From: a bacterium
GTDB taxonomy: Bacteria; Zhuqueibacterota; Zhuqueibacteria; Oceanimicrobiales; Oceanimicrobiaceae
NCBI GenBank assembly: GCA_046757525.1
Contig: JBHHYI010000153.1
Location: 1 to 10,174, forward strand
Reading direction: 5' to 3'
Length of the DNA: 10,174 bases
The position numbers and the translations under genes were made by a program. Below the pieces are notes generated by a model that was given only the letters and a program-made list of their open reading frames with translations, ran no database searches and had not been told where the DNA came from. Positions 7,258-10,174 of this stretch are shown one piece after another; positions within the stretch are counted from its first letter, which is position 1, and each line of letters begins with the position of its first letter.

Positions 7258-8574
7258 TTAAAACTGAAACGGTATTCCTTTAAGACCAAACTTGCTGATT
7301 TTCTTTACCATCTTTTGCATCATTTGAAATTGGTTGAGCAGTTTGTTCACGTCCTGAACACTGGTACCACTGCCGTGGGCGATGCGTCGCCTGCGGCTGC
7401 CGTTGATTATTCTTGGCCGCCTTTTTTCTTCCGACGTCATGGAATTAATCATAGCTTCGATGTGTACCAGGGAGCGCTCATCCACTTTAAAGCCTTTCAT
7501 GGCGCCACCGCCCAATCCAGGGATCATCTTCATGAGCTCTTCCAGCGGACCCATTTTCTTGATCTGCTGCAACTGGTCGTAGAAATCTTCCAGAGTAAAT
7601 TCCTGCCGGCGCAGCTTCTTCTCCAGCTTTCTGGCTTTTTCCTGGTCGACGGCTTGCTGCGCTTTCTCCACCAACGAAACCACATCGCCCATGCCGAGTA
7701 TGCGGGAAGCCATGCGATCGGGATGGAATTTTTCCAGAGAATCAAATTTCTCGCCAACGCTGATGAACTTGATGGGTTTGCCGGTAACCGCCCGAATGGA
7801 AAGGGCTGCCCCGCCCCGGGCATCGCCATCTAATTTGGTCAAGACGATTCCGGTAAAATCCAGAAGCCGGCCAAACTCTTGTGCGGTGTTCACAGCATCC
7901 TGCCCGGTCATACCGTCGGCGACGAAGAGAATCTCATCGGGCTGCGTCTGTGCCTTAATCTGGACCAGTTCGGCCATCAACTCCTGGTCCACGTGCAGGC
8001 GCCCGGCAGTGTCGAGAATCACCGTATCCAGCCCCTTGTCCCGCGCATGATCTTTCGCCTGCTGACAAATCTGCAGGGGCGTGGTGTCGTAGTCGGACAG
8101 CACGCTGACCCCTACCTTTTCGCCAACGATCTTCAACTGGTCCACCGCTGCCGGCCGCTGTAAGTCGGCCGCTACCAACAAAGGATTGCGGCCTCGCTTC
8201 TTCAAATACCGCGCCAATTTGCCGGCCAGCGTCGTCTTCCCGGACCCTTGCAGACCAACCAACATGATTACCGTGGGCGGCAAACTCGCAGTTTTGAATG
8301 TGGCCTCGGTTTCGCCCATCAGCATGGTCAACTCGCCGTGAATAATCTTGATGACCTGCTGCGCGGGAGTAATACTCTTCAAGACCTGTTCGCCAACCGC
8401 CTGCTTCTGTACCTGGGCAATGAACTCCTTGGCCACCTTAAAGTTCACGTCGGCCTCCAACAGTACCCGACGAATCTCACGCATGGTGTCGGCGATGTTG
8501 CGTTCTGTCAGTTTGCCGTGACCGCGAAGTTTCTTAAAGACGCCTTCTAACTTGTCGGTTAAGTCCTGAAACAT
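7258..8574 (-). CDS. ffh: Signal recognition particle protein Ffh
   Basis: LLEADVNF, GLQGSGKTT, DTAGRL, TKLDGDARGGAA, FHPDRMASRILGMGD, SRRRRIAHGSG. ATG at 8574 (MFQDLTDKL) preferred over TTG at 8583 because Ffh proteins typically begin MF. Confidence 0.99.
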   Translation of the reverse strand: MFQDLTDKLEGVFKKLRGHGKLTERNIADTMREIRRVLLEADVNFKVAKEFIAQVQKQAVGEQVLKSITPAQQVIKIIHGELTMLMGETEATFKTASLPPTVIMLVGLQGSGKTTLAGKLARYLKKRGRNPLLVAADLQRPAAVDQLKIVGEKVGVSVLSDYDTTPLQICQQAKDHARDKGLDTVILDTAGRLHVDQELMAELVQIKAQTQPDEILFVADGMTGQDAVNTAQEFGRLLDFTGIVLTKLDGDARGGAALSIRAVTGKPIKFISVGEKFDSLEKFHPDRMASRILGMGDVVSLVEKAQQAVDQEKARKLEKKLRRQEFTLEDFYDQLQQIKKMGPLEELMKMIPGLGGGAMKGFKVDERSLVHIEAMINSMTSEEKRRPRIINGSRRRRIAHGSGTSVQDVNKLLNQFQMMQKMVKKISKFGLKGIPFQF

Positions 8575-8583
8575 GTTCCGCAA

Positions 8584-8619
8584 AAAAGAAATTCACAGAA
8601 TATTCTGTGAATTTCTTTT
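8584..8619. repeat. Perfect 36-bp palindrome (terminator-like hairpin) in the ffh leader
   Basis: aaaagaaattcacagaat | attctgtgaatttctttt, ending 9 nt before the ffh ATG. Confidence 0.9.
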
Positions 8620-8657
8620 GAATGAATATCCCTTATTTTTCTTAATTTTAGCATGGC

Positions 8658-8686
8658 AATATAACAAAAAATCGTACGACATGCAA
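8658..8686 (-). promoter_or_regulatory. Putative sigma70 promoter of the ffh-rplS cluster
   Basis: TTGCAT (8686-8681), 17 nt, TATATT (8663-8658) with an extended -10 TGn and an AT-rich region upstream. Confidence 0.6.
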
Positions 8687-8885
8687 GAAAATTTTGAAAA
8701 TTATCTTTAAGCGCTCGTACCGTTGCCAGCTACCAGGCGGCCACAAATAGCCGGACAAATCTGTCCTGAAATTTTAGATTCCTTAGAACTTTTCCCTGGA
8801 TAAGAGCATCTAAATAAGTAATTCAGTCACTTCTTGGCAAGTCTTCTCTAAACACGAATTCGGCTAACTCTCAAGCCTCAATCCC

Positions 8886-9108
8886 CTCGTTCCCACGCTC
8901 CGCGTGGCGAACGCATTCGGGACGCTCTTGCGTCCACGGTTGCCCGCGAGGTGTTGGGTAGTTCACACGTAGGTACGAATAAGTACATTAGAACGGCTGA
9001 CATGAGGGGGTGCAAGATTGAGTAGAGGTGTAGGCCCAGTGACTCCTGAAGGCTGAACTCGACGCTGAGCGTCGCGAAGGGCATTCCCACGGAGACCGTG
9101 GGAACGAG
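8886..9108. mobile_element. REPIN/MITE-like element: two inverted ~50-bp REP-like units flanking ~125 bp
   Basis: Terminal inverted repeat ctcgttcccacg / cgtgggaacgag. Each arm has two hairpins: left ccacgc..gcgtgg and ggacgc..gcgtcc; right cgacgc..gcgtcg and ttcccacgg..ccgtgggaa. Resembles the CGTTCCCACGCTCTGCGTGGGAATG REP type. Confidence 0.75.
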
Positions 9109-9624
9109 AGTAAGCCGAGCACGGGGGTGTAGAGCCTGTGCGGGCCGAGTCTTTTCGGTGAGATTCTGGTACTCCCCGACTCCAAAGCTCTACTTCTCTC
9201 CTAGCCAATCCCGCAAAAACTGCAGCTAAAGCCGTACACCCACGCCGGTGCCGCCATTGGCGAAATAGGCGCTCTGCTTGTCGGTCCAGGCGGTGCCGGC
9301 GATGTTTTGGTAAGCTCAGAAACGGCGAAGGTTAAATCTGTGAATAACACCATTTTTGTAATAGAGAATCGCAACTTAAAATTCAAAACCTAAAAAAATT
9401 TTACATTATCTGAGAGTTTTTTGTCCGAATTGTTGTCTATTACTATTAGGGAAAGCTCTTACTGCTACTTCCAAGAATTGGAGTTTTATCAATGCCTCAT
9501 TCCATCGAAATGTTTTTACACACACGTAACCAAGACAATTGCCTTGTGAAACAACTAGACTCTGCCCCCCCCCCGACATACCTGGTTTAATTGCCTTACA
9601 ACATATTCTACCGAAATTACCAAG

Positions 9625-9670
9625 CCCCGAGCGGATTCTATCTTTCAATGCCTCTCGGGGTCTTTTGTTT
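9625..9670 (+). terminator. Terminator-like hairpin upstream of the secreted-protein gene
   Basis: ccccgag (9625-9631) / ctcgggg (9654-9660) followed by tcttttgttt. Large loop and interrupted U tract. Confidence 0.5.
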
Positions 9671-9699
9671 GTAACCCTTAACCTTACAGGAGGAAGACC

Positions 9700-10174
9700 A
9701 TGAGAAAGAAAATCTACCAACTATTCTTCTTCATTTTCAGCACAATTTTGTTTGGTTTTGTGAGCGGTTTCGCCCAGCAAAGTGTTGTAGAAAACAAATC
9801 TAAAGTGGGGGGCTTAAAGTTACAGGATCGTGGCTTCGGGCTTTTTGCTACGGCCAGACATGTGAACCAAGATTCTGCCTTTACCAATTACGTCAACTAC
9901 TCGGCCCGATTCTCGCTCTGGGTGGGGGCGGTGACCTCCAAAGGAGAGATTTTAGTGACGGCTGGCACCGGAAATGAAAACACCCGTCGCCCAGAATGGA
10001 CCCCAATTCACCCCTCCTTTGAAGTGACAAAGAAACCTCCTTTTCCACAAGTAGAGAAAATAATTTCATTATCCTATTGGGATGGGGTGCCGTTTGATGG
10101 GCATAAACCCCTGGGTCTGCAAGTGGAGCTGCGGATTTACAATGCCCTGGGGCAGTTGGTGCGCACGCTGGTGA
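9700..10174 (+). CDS. Secreted protein, 3' partial; signal peptide and FlgD-Ig/T9SS type A sorting-domain-like segment
   Basis: Not in the ORF track because it has no stop in the window. AGGAGG SD, ATG at 9700. Reads MRKKIYQLFFFIFSTILFGFVSGFA-QQSVV...SLWVGAV...LVTAG...PEWTP...GHKPLGLQVELRIYNALGQLVRTLV, open to the window end. Confidence 0.85.
   Translation, partial: MRKKIYQLFFFIFSTILFGFVSGFAQQSVVENKSKVGGLKLQDRGFGLFATARHVNQDSAFTNYVNYSARFSLWVGAVTSKGEILVTAGTGNENTRRPEWTPIHPSFEVTKKPPFPQVEKIISLSYWDGVPFDGHKPLGLQVELRIYNALGQLVRTLV

Noticed and set aside
427..8550. Numerous plus-strand ORFs (e.g. 713-1312, 2679-3233, 4693-5397, 7222-7833) and alternate-frame minus ORFs (1450-1725, 3517-4050, 7530-7829)
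   Set aside because: They overlap well-supported genes almost entirely and have no recognisable motifs; treated as shadow ORFs.
8559..8654. 31-aa uORF MLKLRKIRDIHSKEIHRIFCEFLFCGTCFRT overlapping the ffh start
   Set aside because: Its ATG lies only 3 nt from the predicted -10 (upstream of the likely TSS) and has no SD.
8700..9200. SRP RNA (ffs) upstream of ffh
   Set aside because: No helix-8 CAGG-x-GNRA-x-AGCA motif found by eye on either strand.
8878..9208. ORFs 8878-9090, 8963-9208 and 8988-9185
   Set aside because: They arise from the GC-rich REP-like palindromes; no SD or protein motifs.
9201..9386. 61-aa ORF, and an alternate-frame fragment (AGTAWTDKQSAYFANGGTG) as a possible pseudogene
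   Set aside because: Short, interrupted by stops in the alternate frame, and no family confidently recognised.
9406..9720. 104-aa minus-strand ORF
   Set aside because: Overlaps the SD and start of the better-supported plus-strand gene and has no recognisable features.
1..10174. CRISPR array, tRNA or rRNA
   Set aside because: No regularly spaced direct repeats or tRNA T-loop/cloverleaf seen; the hairpins at 1-80 fit a REP-like element better than a tRNA.

Overview
Bacterial chromosomal window, probably from the FCB superphylum (KSB1/Calditrichota/Ignavibacteria-like). This is inferred from the TrmD CGHYKG variant and a secreted protein carrying an IYNALGQLVRTLV sorting-domain motif. The minus strand carries the conserved cluster ffh-rpsP-khpA-rimM-trmD-rplS, then an adenosine-specific kinase (DUF355-like) gene, a coupled XPB/Rad25-like helicase plus DUF790 (Bax1-like) nuclease pair, and rlmH. 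A divergent, partial secreted-protein gene starts at 9700. The most unusual signals are non-coding. (i) A perfect TTGACA-17-TATAAT promoter drives a ~165-nt structured RNA that contains a 10-codon ORF (MSFKSILIIG) with a sequestered SD and ends in an intrinsic terminator just upstream of the helicase-nuclease pair. (ii) A perfect 36-bp palindrome lies between the ffh promoter and its start codon. (iii) A C10/poly-Pro uORF and terminator-like hairpin precede the secreted gene. (iv) Two different REP/REPIN-like elements are present. (v) The secreted gene has an apparent domain-skipping junction near the window end. All calls are by eye; no searches or folding programs were run.
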